Source: Eledone cirrhosa | Lineage: Eukaryota | Length of the DNA stretch: 64,000 bases | Assembly (NCBI GenBank): GCA_964016885.1 | Contig: OZ024743.1 | Span: 369,148,001-369,212,000, forward strand | Reading direction: 5' to 3' | In this document: positions 10,439 through 23,107 of the stretch, one piece after another | How positions within the stretch are numbered: position 1 is the first letter of the stretch | How the letters are laid out: each line of letters starts with the position of its first letter | Made by a program: the position numbers and the translations under genes | Notes under the pieces: model-generated | Told to the model about the DNA's origin: nothing | The model's input: the letters and a program-made list of their open reading frames with translations, nothing else | Databases searched by the model: none

Positions 10439-13420
10439 CCATACACAGCATTGAATGCGGATGTCCTTTTAATGACTGATGTGAATGAGAGAGTAAGATT
10501 TGCTATGTTCTGTGGCCTGACACAAAACAGGTGAACATCAGGGAGATTCAGTTTGGATATATGTAAAGTTGCATTTCTTTGGCAGTATTTGGAGGTTTTT
10601 TTTATCATTTACTTTCTCCAACCTCACAGACGATATGGCAACAAAAATAAGAATAAGTTACTATGCAGTCAAAGCCTTCAGTAGCAAGGGGAATGTTATT
10701 GTTTGGATTAGAAAGATAAAATTGGCTGCTACACTACAAGGCATCAAAAATGTGGCTGGACTCATGGCACTCCACCTTGAAGGCATTATGCCTCAAAATA
10801 GACCAGGCAGACCAACTGGCTGTGGAGAAGATAGAGCAGCGCCTAAAGCAGGCATTCATGGAGGGATTGTATACTGCTTTCACCAAACTAGAAAAAGTGA
10901 GGTGGACAGGAAAGCAGGTAGATGTATTCGTGGTGGGAATGAGGTTGGCTACATTGCCAAAATTCACAGGCGAAAATCTAGAAAGGGCCGTGTGGATGGC
11001 GTTCGTGAATGGTTTCACAGACAAAATTTCAGTGAGGCTCCAACAGTTGCTGAGCAACTACAAAATGGCAATAGTTAGCTAATCACACAGGCCCACGTAG
11101 TGACATAAGGTGTTGAGCAGAATGTCGCAGCGTTAGCAGCAACAGAAGCCCATAGCAGTTGACAGGAACCGATGAACGATGAGCCCCCATGAATGCTCAG
11201 CCACAGGCATTCAAAGGTCAGTGCTCCAGGTATCAGGGATCACACATAGCAAGGGACTGCAAAGAGCTGAAACTTGAAATAATTTGCTACTGATCTAGGT
11301 GGGCAGGCCACATTGCCAACAATTGTAATCAAGGAAACAGTCAAAAGGGAGTTACTGTGCCAGTGTCTACCCACGGCAATGAGTAGATGTCCTCTTGCAG
11401 TTGCTACCCATTGTGGAGGTTCTGGCAGTGGGGGGAGCTGTCAATAGCTCTTGTAAACACTGGCTGCATAACAACCTTAGTGACCCTGGAGGTGTTTAAA
11501 AAGTGGAGCAGGACGAGTAGTGTAAGGGCAGTTTATGGCAGAGTGATTAGTAGAAGTGAGGTGGAGATAGCAGTATGAGGAATAAAAATAAGGCTGTGGA
11601 TGATCGTGATCGACCACGAGGTGGGTGGAATTGATGTAGTAATGGGGATGGGTGTGATTGGCTGCTTAGGAAGCGTTATAGTGAGTGAGAATGGGGGTAA
11701 CGTTTGGTAGTGTGGGAACTCCATGTGCCATGAGTATGCAACAGGGCAACGGAGATCTGTGAAGAAAAATGTGCTGTTCATACCATACAAGACAAGGATT
11801 TCCGGGCTGTGTTTGATGGTCAGTGGTGGATAGTTGAGTGGTACTGGAAAGGAGAGCTCCTGATGCTGAAGAACAGAGTGAGCTGCTGTCAACATACCCT
11901 GAAAGGGGATGCTAGAAGTGAGTTTGAGGGAGAGGTGCAAAGGAGGAGATAAAGAGCAGAGTGTTGCTGTTAATGGCAGTAGTGCAACCAACAATAGACA
12001 AGGTCAAACCAGTGCTGGACTTTTATAAACTGAATGAACATATGTGATGCCACACAGGCAGTGGTCACAGGTGTCTGCAGGGAAACATTGTGAGATTGGA
12101 GACAAATGACGGCGGCTTCCACGATTGACTTAAAGTCAGTATATCTGCATCTACATGTAACTGAGAAGCTGTGGCAGTATCAGTTGGTCAGGTGTAAGGG
12201 CTGAACATACTGCCTGGCCAGCCTGGGGTTCGGGTTGAATTCAGTACCAAAGATCATGGCAACAGTCCTCAAAGCCATTCTGAGAAAGGTGGACAAGGTG
12301 AAGAAGGCCACCAATTCCCACATTGACAATATCTTATTAGATGAGACAGTGGTCTCGGCAACAGAGTTCTCAAGTCACCTAGGAAGGTTCGGGTTAACCA
12401 TGAAACTGCCTGAAGCAATGGAAGGAGGAGCTGCATTGGGACTCAGGCTGTGAAGAGACAAGACAGGCATATTGGTATTTCAGAGGGGAAATGAAGTCCC
12501 AAAACTAGGCATCAGCATGGACAGGCAAGAACTTTTCTCAATATGTGAGAAATTGTTGGGCCACTATGCAATCACGGCGTGGCTTTGAACAACATGCAGT
12601 TATGTTGAGAGATAAGCAGATAGGGTGAGCTGGGGAAAAAGAGTGGGAAAGAGGATGGTGGCCATGATGCAGAAGATCATGGATAGGTGGAAGACTCAGT
12701 AACAGGAAGCTGGTATGTTGCCAAATTGGAGAACAGGACCGTATGTAGTGATGCCAGTAGCACAGTGCTAGGAGTCACTCTGGAAATAGGGGGTGTCGAG
12801 GTCAGCCTGGCCCAGGAAGAAGGAGAACTGCAACCACATCAACATGGCCAAATTGGGCACCCTGCTGAAGGGAGTGGATCTCACCCTGAGATGGGGGCTG
12901 TGCATTATAGTGAGTCTTACTGACTCGGCCACTGTACTTGGATGGGTAAAATCCGTGTTTACCAGTGAAAGAAGGGTGTGAATGAGAGGGGTGGCAGCGA
13001 TGCTAATAAAGCACCACCTGAGAACTCTGCTGAGTTTGGCCTTTGTGCCCTCGGAGAAAAATAGGGCAGACATCCTAACCAGAGTGAAGAAAGCCTGGCT
13101 GGAAGTGCCAGGGGATGAGGAAAAGGGGATAGCTGCAGCGTGTTGACTGAGTGACTCAGAGTTGAGAAAATTGCATACCATACATCCCATTGGAATGGAT
13201 AGGACCCTGTTCCTAGTCAGGAAATTCGACTCCGACATTACCAGAAAGTGGTCGGGAGTTGCAACAAATGTCAGTCTATCAACTCTGCCCCAGGTGTGCA
13301 TGGGATGGGTAATATCTCAGTGGAGCACAACTGGAAGTGATTGGCAGCGGATGTGACACACTACCAACAGATGTATCTCTCGAAGGTCGATTGCAGACTG
13401 GGTTGGTTGACAATATGGAG
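10180..13420 (+). mobile_element. Decayed Ty3/Gypsy LTR retrotransposon (gag-protease-RT-RNaseH-integrase remnant)
   Basis: Gag-like ORFs 10569-11082; CCHC knuckles (CY..G..GHIA.NC ~11285-11330); protease ALVNTGC (~DTG); RT SHIDNILLDE (~YIDD); RNase H CSDASS; integrase HHCC-like LH..H.GMDRTLFLVRK. A possible 5' LTR starts TG at ~10180 and contains (CT)n. Many stops and frameshifts. Confidence 0.82.
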
Positions 13421-14623
13421 TAGGGCTGATGGCTTTCTTTTCACCTACCATTTCCTTCATTCAGCCAGTTAAACCATGTGGTTTTTGGATAGCTACTGTT
13501 TTGGCATAATTCATCCAATGTGTTTTTAATCAAGAGAAGGTATTTTCACATTGCATGCTTACTTAATACAGTAATCAATTTAGCTTGCTGATCTACTTGA
13601 TCATAGGTTATATCTTGTAACTTATTTACTCTGACTCATCTACTGTGATAAAAGTACAATTTGCTGCTTATTTCACAGAAACCTCTTACCATCCCAAATG
13701 ACTAGTCAAAATGATCTGATCTTTAGAAGAAATGGTACTATTCTACTTTTCACTTCCATTCAGTTTTTCAGATATCTAACTTGAAAGATTAAAATATAAA
13801 TAGTGTTATATGTTTTAAGATGTGAATGAAAATATTTATGTTGTAAAGATTGTGTAGATAAGAAGTGTTCTGGTTTCTGTACTCTATTTCCTGTACTCCA
13901 TCTCCTGTACTCTATCTACTTCCCTGCACTGCATTTTCTTATCTTCCTCTGTTGGTATACCTAGAGAGATAGTGGGTTCTGAGTTCAAATTCTAGTACAA
14001 ATTTTTGATTTTCATCTAATGAACTTTTTTCAACATGATAATATTTTTCATTTTGTTATTTTATTTTGAATTGTTTAAATGTTGAAAAAGGCAAACTTTG
14101 TTAGGATTGTAGGTGAATTATATCATGCATAAAAATATCGACAACTGTTAAACTTTTTCTTGAGGACTACATCATGATGCATAAAAGGCAAACTTTAATT
14201 TGTGGATGTTGTAAAAAAAACTACATTACTAGTATAATCCCTCCTTGTCCTCCTCTTCCTCTTCTTCCTTCTCCTCCTCCTCATCATCGTTTATTGTCTC
14301 TTTTCTCTGCCCAACACTTGCTAGCAGGAAAAACACATGTTACATGATGATGATCATAGATTATATGAGCAATAGAGGCAGTTTTTTTATATCCACAAAA
14401 TAAAATCTGCTTTCTATGCCAGCATCATAATGTACTGTATATACTTGAATATAACTCTATCTGGATATAAGTCTGAGAAATAGGCTAAAATCTAAATTCC
14501 ATTTATAAGCTGAGACAGGTAATCAACAATGTTTAGATGGTGAGGTTTTGGAATTGTCATGAGTGGATAACGGCATTAATAAGAGAGTTGCATTATTATG
14601 TAGAGTTCTACATAATAAGGGTG

Positions 14624-14810
14624 GTGGATTGCAGTATCGGTAGAGGGTCGGACACCATGCTTTGATGCATAGAGTTACGGCCCTTGCCATTCTGAGTTCA
14701 AATCCTGCCGAGATTGACTTTGCCTTTCATCCTTACGGGGTTGATAAAATAAAGTACCAGTAATGTACTGGGTAATTGCTGGCCTTGTGCCAAAAGTAGA
14801 AACAATTATT
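14624..14810 (+). mobile_element. tRNA-derived SINE with Nin/Deu-like domain
   Basis: A-box-like (t)ggcagtatcggtag, B-box gagttcaaatcc, central gcctttcatccttacgggg.tcgataaaat.aagtaccag. Seven copies in the window. Confidence 0.85.
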
Positions 14811-14989
14811 ATCATTGGAGACACTTGGTTCACCATTATTCCAGTGCCATGTCAGCTTAGATTGTCATGATTCTCATTATAAGAAAACAAAGTATAAAAA
14901 AAACAGAGTATTTGTTAATTGTTGGTGTTTTTAAGGCTTTGGCCTGGAGCAAAAGGTTGCATTTACAACTTTAGCTGGATGTTTGTGAC

Positions 14990-16408
14990 ATGTGAGGTCC
15001 ATATGGTGAGAGATGAGGTTAGGTCCATATTGTGACAGCAGCAGGTGAGGTTCTTATTGTGGTAGGTGGGGTCAATATTGTGACAGGTTAGGTTCATATT
15101 GTGATAGATGAGGTCCATATAGTTGCGGGCAGGGCTCTATATTATGACAGGTGATGTCCATATTTTGACAGGTTGGAGTCAATATTGTTACAAATGAAGT
15201 CCATATTGTGGTAGGTGGCAAGTAAGGTCCATATTGTGACAAGTGAAATTCATATTGTGACTGTTGAGGTCTATATTTTGATAGGGGAGGTTAATATTGA
15301 GGTAAGTAAGGTCCATAGTGTGGTAGGTGAGGCCCATATTGTGGTAGGTGGGGCCTATATTGAGACAAGTAAAGTCAATATTGTGGTATGTGGGGTCTAT
15401 ATTGAGGTAGGTGGGGTTCATATTGTGGTAGATAAGGTCCATATTGAGGTAGGTGGTGTCCATATTGTGGTAGATAAGGTCCATATTCAGGTAGGTGGGG
15501 TCCATATTGTGGTAGACGAAGTCCATATTGAGACAGGTGAGGTTTATATTGTGGTAGATAAGGTCCATATTGTGGTAGATAAGGTCCATATTGTGGTAGA
15601 TAAGGTCAATATTTTGGTAAGTGGGGTCCATATTGAGGTAGGTGGGGCTCATATTGTGGTAGTTGAGGCCCATAATGTGGTAGGTGGGTCCATATTGAGA
15701 CAGGAAAGGTCCATATTGTGGTAGGCGAGGTCCAATTTGAGACAGGTAAGGTCCATATTGTGGTAGGTGGGGTCCATATTGAGACAGGTAAGGTCCATAT
15801 TGAGGTAGGTAGGGTCCATATTGTGGTAGATAAGGTCCACATTGTGGTAGGGGGGTCCATATTGAGACAGGTAAGGTTCATATTGTGGTAGGTGAGGTCC
15901 ATATTGAGGTAGGTAGGGTCCATATTGAGGTAGGTGAGGTCCATATTGAGGTAGGTGAGGTCCATATTGTGGTAGGTGGGGTCCATATTGAGACAGGTAA
16001 GGTCCATATTGAGGTAGGTAGGGTCCATATTGTGGTAGATAAGGTCCACATTGTGGTAGGGGGGTCCATATTGAGACAGGTAAGGTTCATATTGTGATAG
16101 GTGAGGTCAATATTGAGGTAGGTAGGGTCCATATTGAGGTAGGTGAGGTCCATATTGAGGTAGGTGAGGTCCATATTGTGGTAGGTAGGGTCCATATTGT
16201 GGTAGGTGGGGTCCATATTGTAGTAGGTGGGGGTCCATATTGTGGTAGATAAGGTCCATATTGAGGTATGTGGGGTCCATATTGTGGTAGGTAGTGTCCA
16301 TATTGAGACAGATAAGGTCCATATTGTGGTAGATAAGGTCCATATTGTGGTAGGTAAGGTCCATATTGAGGTAGATAAGGTCCATATTGAGGTAGGTAGG
16401 GTCCATAT
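14990..16408. repeat. 21-bp minisatellite (ggtccatattg(t/a)ggtaggtga-type), ~65 units
   Basis: Tandem 21-nt units give MDLTYHN-like heptads on the minus strand, broken by frameshifts. Units degenerate towards the left end. Confidence 0.92.
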
Positions 16409-16848
16409 TATTGATTTTCACCTTAAACATTACGGATTCAATGGTTGCCAGGAAATATTCCTGAGAGAAGATAATCTGTAGAAGAAAGATCAGGAAGAGT
16501 GGTTAGTGCAAAGTCTAGAGAGTGGACTAGACATAATATAGGAGAATGAATAGAGAGATGAATAAGTTGGGTAAGATTTGGTGGAGATGGTACCAAACCA
16601 GTCACTTTTGAAAAGCAAAAACAAAGTGGAATAACATCAGCCAATGTGTACTTCTTTTTCTTAAAATGATAGGGTGGGATTGGGGGGAAATTTGACTGCC
16701 ATTTCTAGCAGGTTGAGCAGAGCAACTGTAAAGTATTTGTTAGTTTGTATGTAAATTTTTTGTTGGTGATTTTAAGAAAATGTTGTTTGATAGCTTTAGA
16801 ATTTTCTGCTGCAGATATACATCATGTTAAAAAATGAACAATTAATTT

Positions 16849-18624
16849 AATGTCTCTATAGCAGAGACCTTGGTTTCAGCAACAGAAGAATTATTTTAAT
16901 GTAAGCCCACAACCTTGATTATAATGTCTCTATAGTAGAGACCTTGGTTTCAGTAACAGAAGAAATATTTTAATGTAAGCCCACAACCTTGATTATAATG
17001 TCTCTATAGTAGAGACCTTGGTTTCAGTAACAGAAGAAATATTTTAATGTAAGCCCACAACCTTGATTATAATGTCTCTATAGTAGAGACCTTGGTTTCA
17101 GTAACAGAAGAAATATTTTAATGTAAGCCCACAACCTTGATTATAATGTCTCTATAGTAGAGACCTTGGTTTCAGCAACAGAAGAAATATTTTAATGTAA
17201 GCCCACAACCTTGATTATAATGTCTCTATAGCAGAGACCTTGGTTTCAGCAACAGAAGAATTATTTTAAAGTAAGCCCACAACCTTGATTATAATGTCTC
17301 TATAGCAGAGACCTTGGTTTCAGCAACAGAAGAATTATTTTAATGTAAGCCCACAACCTTGATTATAATGTCTCTATAGTAGAGACCTTGGTTTCAGTAA
17401 CAGAAGAAATATTTTAATGTAAGCCCACAACCTTGATTATAATGTCTCTATAGCAGAGACCTTGGTTTCAGCAACAGAAGAAATATTTTAATGTAAGCCC
17501 ACAACCTTGATTATAATGTCTCTATAGCAGAGACCTTGGTTTCAGCAACAGAAGAATTATTTTAATGTAAGCCCACAACCTTGATTATAATGTCTCTATA
17601 GCAGAGACCTTGGTTTCAGCAACAGAAGAATTATTTTAATGTAAGCCCACAACCTTGATTATAATGTCTCTATAGTAGAGACCTTGGTTTCAGTAACAGA
17701 AGAAATATTTTAATGTAAGCCCACAACCTTGATTATAATGTCTCTATAGCAGAGACCTTGGTTTCAGCAACAGAAGAAATATTTTAATGTAAGCCCACAA
17801 CCTTGATTATAATGTCTCTATAGCAGAGACCTTGGTTTCAGCAACAGAAGAATTATTTTAATGTAAGCCCACAACATTGATTATAATGTCTCTATAGCAG
17901 AGACCTTGGTTTCAGCAACAGAAGAATTATTTTAATGTAAGCCCACAACCTTGATTATAATGTCTCTATAGCAGAGACCTTGGTTTCAGCAACAGAAGAA
18001 TTATTTTAATGTAAGCCCACAACCTTGATTATAATGTCTCTATAGTAGAGACCTTGGTTTCAGTAACAGAAGAAATATTTTAATGTAAGCCCACAACCTT
18101 GATTATAATGTCTCTATAGTAGAGACCTTGGTTTCAGCAACAGAAGAATTATTTTAATGTAAGCCCACAACCTTGATTATAATGTCTCTATAGTAGAGAC
18201 CTTGGTTTCAGCAACAGAAGAAATATTTTAATGTAAGCCCACAACCTTGATTATAATGTCTCTATAGTAGAGACCTTGGTTTCAGCAACAGAAGAATTAT
18301 TTTAATGTAAACCCACAACCTTGATTATAATGTCTCTATAGCAGAGACCTTGGTTTCAGCAACAGAAGAATTATTTTAATGTAAGCCCACAACCTTGATT
18401 ATAATGTCTCTATAGCAGAGACCTTGGTTTCAGCAACAGAAGAATTATTTTAATGTAAGCCCACAACCTTGATTATAATGTCTCTATAGCAGAGACCTTG
18501 GTTTCAGCAACAGAAGAAATATTTTAATGTAAGCCCACAACCTTGATTATAATGTCTCTATAGTAGAGACCTTGGTTTCAGCAACAGAAGAAATATTTTA
18601 ATGCAAGCCTGTATCCTTGATTAT
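16849..18624. repeat. 74-bp tandem repeat, 24 copies
   Basis: Unit aatgtctctatag(c/t)agagaccttggtttcag(c/t)aacagaagaa(t/a)tattttaatgtaagcccacaaccttgattat, starting at 16849, 16923 ... 18551. Confidence 0.97.
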
Positions 18625-19229
18625 TTTAGACTTTGAATTATCTTTAATGATAGTTGTTTATAATCATATTAAAACCAGTTTCATTTTCCGAAACATTTTA
18701 CTGCGTAAACCAATTTCAAATCAACTTAATATTTCATCCAATTCATATCTGATCTTCTAAATGATGTAAGAACTCTTGGCATTACAAGAGCAAGAAGGAG
18801 GATAGATATCAAAAACAATATGGAAGCAACAGATGGCTATGGCTAAAGAGAAGTGACCTGTGAGGTCAGTTGTATGTATACCACTTGGACACAGACTGAG
18901 GCTGAATCAACCTCATTTAGATTACCTGGATAAGGGTGACTATGTTGTAAAACACTCAGTGACTCCAGGATACAACACTGATGATGTATCTTGTTGTTAG
19001 ATCACTTGGATGAGGATGACTAAATTAGAAGACCTGAAACACTCAGTGACTCCATGATACTACTCTGAAGCTGAGTCTAAGGCTAAGCATTTGTAGATGT
19101 GTGAAGAACTTAAATTAGAGATAATGCTTCTCTGTGAATTTATTTGTATTGCTTTTCTCTGTTATGAAACATTTGCCACGTAGATTTGTAATATTCAGTT
19201 AGTTTAATGGTATGTTTTCTTAAAAACAA

Positions 19230-19490
19230 GATGGAGTAACTAGAACAATTTTTAAATGAAGAGGAGTCACATATGGCTAAAATAGTCATTGAGAAAGTCA
19301 GAGAATGTGTGATGAAAGAGCTTTGAGAATTAAATAACAATCCAGTTTCTAAACTAATCAATAAATAGATTAGTTACCTAATAATAAAACCAAAGTGGAA
19401 TTTAACTGTATGTTTTTATTGGCAGCATGACCCTCCTACAGTACAACAATATTTGTTTCAAGTCAAGATATTTGTCAAACAAATACAAAA
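19230..19490 (+). mobile_element. Decayed copy of the 3735-4315 HHR element family
   Basis: gtca-ttgagaa-agtcagagaatgtgtgat-GAAA-gagctttga and ttattggcagcatgaccctcc...aacaatatttgtttcaa match 4062-4270. Confidence 0.7.
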
Positions 19491-19571
19491 GTTAATATAG
19501 AGAGTGGTGTGCTCATGTGCAGAGATGCTATAAAATAGCTTATAAAATACAAAGCTAAGTGCTTTGAATCA

Positions 19572-19814
19572 TTAACCCTTTAGAATTTACATTACTCTAT
19601 ATATATACTATTATATTTACTATTATATTTTCACGGTAAAGATTTTACCTCACATGATTATCTCACATAATATCAAATCTATGAGATTTTGATATTTATT
19701 TTGGGAACATCTTAACATCACAATGAGTGGCCGGTTACAGCCAATTTGAACAGAAAGAGGTGAAAGAATTCTGGCCAGATACAGCCAGTTTAAATGCTAA
19801 AGGCTGAAGCTTAA
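19572..19814. mobile_element. Possible piggyBac-type MITE (TTAA-flanked)
   Basis: ttaa-ccctttagaattt ... aaatgctaaaggctgaagc-ttaa: degenerate TIRs bounded by TTAA. Confidence 0.45.
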
Positions 19815-20597
19815 TGGTTCAAAGCACTTAGCAGGTATCTGAGAAATACGAGTTTCAATTCCTTGTAGTGGCCGATGACAACTTCTTTTTAAATCTCTAA
19901 GGGTTTTCACCCTATTCTATAAGCTATCTTATAGCATCTCTATGCATGAGCACACCACTCTTTATATTAACTTTATCCCCTCAGCGCTTTGTAAAAAGTC
20001 TAAGAGATGAGCTACATATATATGATGTTCAAATACAAAGTGAAATTATTTGTTGTTTATTTATTCATCTATTTCAAAATGAAAACAACACACATCTCTT
20101 AAACAATCCTTGGGCTTAACCTTTAAAACAATAATACTGAGAGGCCCTCACCCTTATTGTTAAAGCAGTTTCAATTAGAAAGAAAATTAACATCTTCCTC
20201 CACTTCATATTTTAACTATTAAATAAATATTGTTATTGTACAATTTGTAATTATACATTGACACAAATTGCTACTGGTTATTTAGATATTTTTTAACAAA
20301 TGTTTTGAAATACAAAATAGCTATAGAATAGTTTCAAATATAATAATAAAAAATACAACACTTTTGTATAGGAAAGAAAATTGTCTTCAACTTTAATTGT
20401 TCAACTATCAAGTCTTGTATGAAATTCAGTAATTAAAGAGAAGTGTTTATTAATAAAAATATAAAAACACAATATACGTGTATGTGATTGTGTGTGTGAT
20501 AGTGTTTATATTTACATTAAATGGTGTTGTGTTCCTTTATGTCTTGTAACTAAACAATTTAACAAATAAATGCTAGACCGAAATAAGTAATGGGGTT

Positions 20598-21480
20598 ATC
20601 ATCATCATCATTTTTATGTCTGTTTTTCCACACTTGCATGGGTTGGAAGTGTCCTTTTCAGTGCAGCATCTCTCTTCTTGTCACAATCCTTTGTCATCTC
20701 TTTTGTGAACTTTAGCAATTTCAGATCAGCGCTCACTTCCTCTGCCATGGTCTTCCTTGGCCTTCCACTATCATAGCTTCCTTCCACTGGGATTTCTTGG
20801 CACATCTTCACCTAGCAATCACCATCCATGTACATCACATGTCCATACTGACACAGTCTTCTCTCTTACACACTACTTCTGATTCCTCTTAACCCAGTTT
20901 TTCTCTTAGTTCACCCAATCTCTGTCATTCTCTTACATTAACATTGTACATCTATCGAAGAATGCTTGTTTCATTTCTTTCCAGCCTGCACATATATTCT
21001 GCAGTCACTGCTCCTGTTTCAGAGCCATACAGCATAGTACTTCACAAATAGGCATCTTACAGCTGGCTTTTCATTCGGAGGGAGAAGCCTTTTGTTGTCA
21101 ACAGAGGTAGTAGTTCCCTAAACTCCTTCCCATTCTATCCTTATTCTAGCTACCATGATCTCAGAGCACCCTCCTCCACTGCTGATTAAATCACCTAGAT
21201 AGCAGAAGCTATCAACCACTTCCAGGGATCCTTCCTGGAAAATTTTTTTATCATACTCCTGTGCATTTTCTACATACAAATCTTCCTTTCCTGTTTGTCT
21301 ACCTGTTATCCTACTACCTCTTTTGTGTACCCAAGATTTACATTGTGTACATTGTATAGAGTTTATGCCTACTCCTTTTCTATATATCAAGCAAGTCCAC
21401 TTCCCATGGGAAATCGAGGTCCTATCTTCTTTCTTACTTTAGTTTACTCTCAGCCCTTTTGATTCCAAAGTCTGTTTCCA
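20598..21480 (-). mobile_element. Decayed RTE LINE 3' part including PHD-like finger
   Basis: GINSIQCTQCKSWVHKR, EVVDSFCYLGD, GRPRKT; (CAT)n tail. Confidence 0.88.
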
Positions 21481-22509
21481 GAAATCTTTGTAGGTAGAAG
21501 TCCAGCAACATGGTTGTAGTCCAATAAGTGAAACCAATAAGAGAGTATTAGTCTATGTATCTTAGTGAATTGTTAACAACAGCACTTCATGGTATTATAT
21601 ATTGAACTCTACTTTATTACTCAATAAATGTCAAATGTTATAGACAAATAGATATGGATTCCTGGTGTATGGATTAGGAATTCACTTGTATTTCATTTTT
21701 ATTTTCATTCTCTTTCTTCTGAAAAAAAGACATTGAAGTATTACTCAATATTTTTTGCAGTGGTGGGGAATACCTTTCTATTTGATAACAATGCTAAGGT
21801 TCATTGAGATCAAGTGGAAATAACAAAAAAGAGGCATTTTCAAATCAGACACACAAAGTACTCAGGAATGTATATTTTATGGCTGTTGGCTTCGCTAGAA
21901 GAATTATTTATTGTAGTAACATTGGCCTCCACACCATATATAATCATTGTTATACACCAAATATTTTTCAAATATTTTCCAGTTTAAGTATTTCTATTAG
22001 TTATTGTATGGGAATATTTCTATTCATTGTAAAGGATGTTTTGTTACTAGCTTGCAGAAGCAGCCATTGAAGCAAGTTTTTTTTAGTTTTTTTTTTAGTA
22101 GTAGTAAATTCTGATTCAGTAGATCTATGATCAAAAACATTCCATCCCATAATTTTTGCATATCAGAGATTATACTTTTCAATGACTTCTTTATTTATCA
22201 TGGTTAGGTGCAAAGTGAAGGAGATTTAGTTGCTATTACTAAAATTTCAGGTGACCATATAGAGGTTTCTTGGTTAGCTTATTTAGGTTGTTGTTTAACT
22301 CTTGGTTAGTCATGATAATCCTGTCTTTTTATCTATCAGAGATTACATTGCCCTATGTATCATTCTCTAAGATGGTAAAGTAGGATTTGAAAGAGATTGG
22401 GTTGCTATTTTTAGCAGATGGCATGAGCATGTACAGACTCCCTTGTTCATTCCCAGTGCATCAGAGCTGAAAGGACATATGGAATTATCTGGAAATTTAG
22501 GATGAGAGA

Positions 22510-23035
22510 CACCCTTGTAAAATAGTTTTGGGGCTGGCGTAGCCTCTAGTCATCTCTGCCCCATTAAATTGTTGTTGGGCTGGGATACCTTCTAGTCATC
22601 TGCCTCCAGAGCTGGGGTACCCTTTAGTCATCTTTGCTCTAGGGCTGGGATAGCCACCAGTCCTCTCTGCTTCACTAAATTGTTATTGAACTGGGATATA
22701 CTTTAGTCATCTCTGCTTCACTAGATCTATAGACATTGGATTGTATTGGTTTTATTATGTTTTATTTTTCAATTTGTGAACAATAAAGTTATAGGTTACA
22801 TATTTCCAATAGATTGATCAATGGCTTACTATGTTTATGATGGTAAGAGTGTAAGGTGATGGTAAGAATGATAAGGAGGTGGTATGAATAGCAAAGGGAT
22901 GGTAAGAATGGAAGTCATAAGGAGATGGTATGAGTGGCAAGGGGTGGTAAGAGTATTAAGGGATGGTAAGAGTGCTGAGGGCATGGTATATGTGGTGAGG
23001 TTGTTATAAGAGTAGTAAGGGGTGGTAAAAGTAGC
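22510..23035. repeat. Two degenerate short tandem repeats (~35-50 bp ggctgggatacc..tagtcatctctgc; ~20 bp gatggtaagagt)
   Basis: Imperfect repeats at 22510-22722 and 22838-23032. Confidence 0.65.
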
Positions 23036-23107
23036 AAACTTTATTAAAAGATCACTGACTTTTCACTAATATTTACACTTTCACCAAAGGACTTTGGTAT
23101 TGTAGAG

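Noticed and set aside
16849-18624. CRISPR-like array or tandem-ribozyme satellite (minus strand has GAAA-ccaagg-TC plus a hairpin)
   Set aside because: No unique spacers, no cas genes, eukaryotic context, and no CUGANGA box in the unit.
21761-21823. Plus-strand terminal exon after ttttttgcAG (WWGIPFYLITMLRFIEIKWK*)
   Set aside because: Only an acceptor-like site; no upstream partner exon or recognisable homology.
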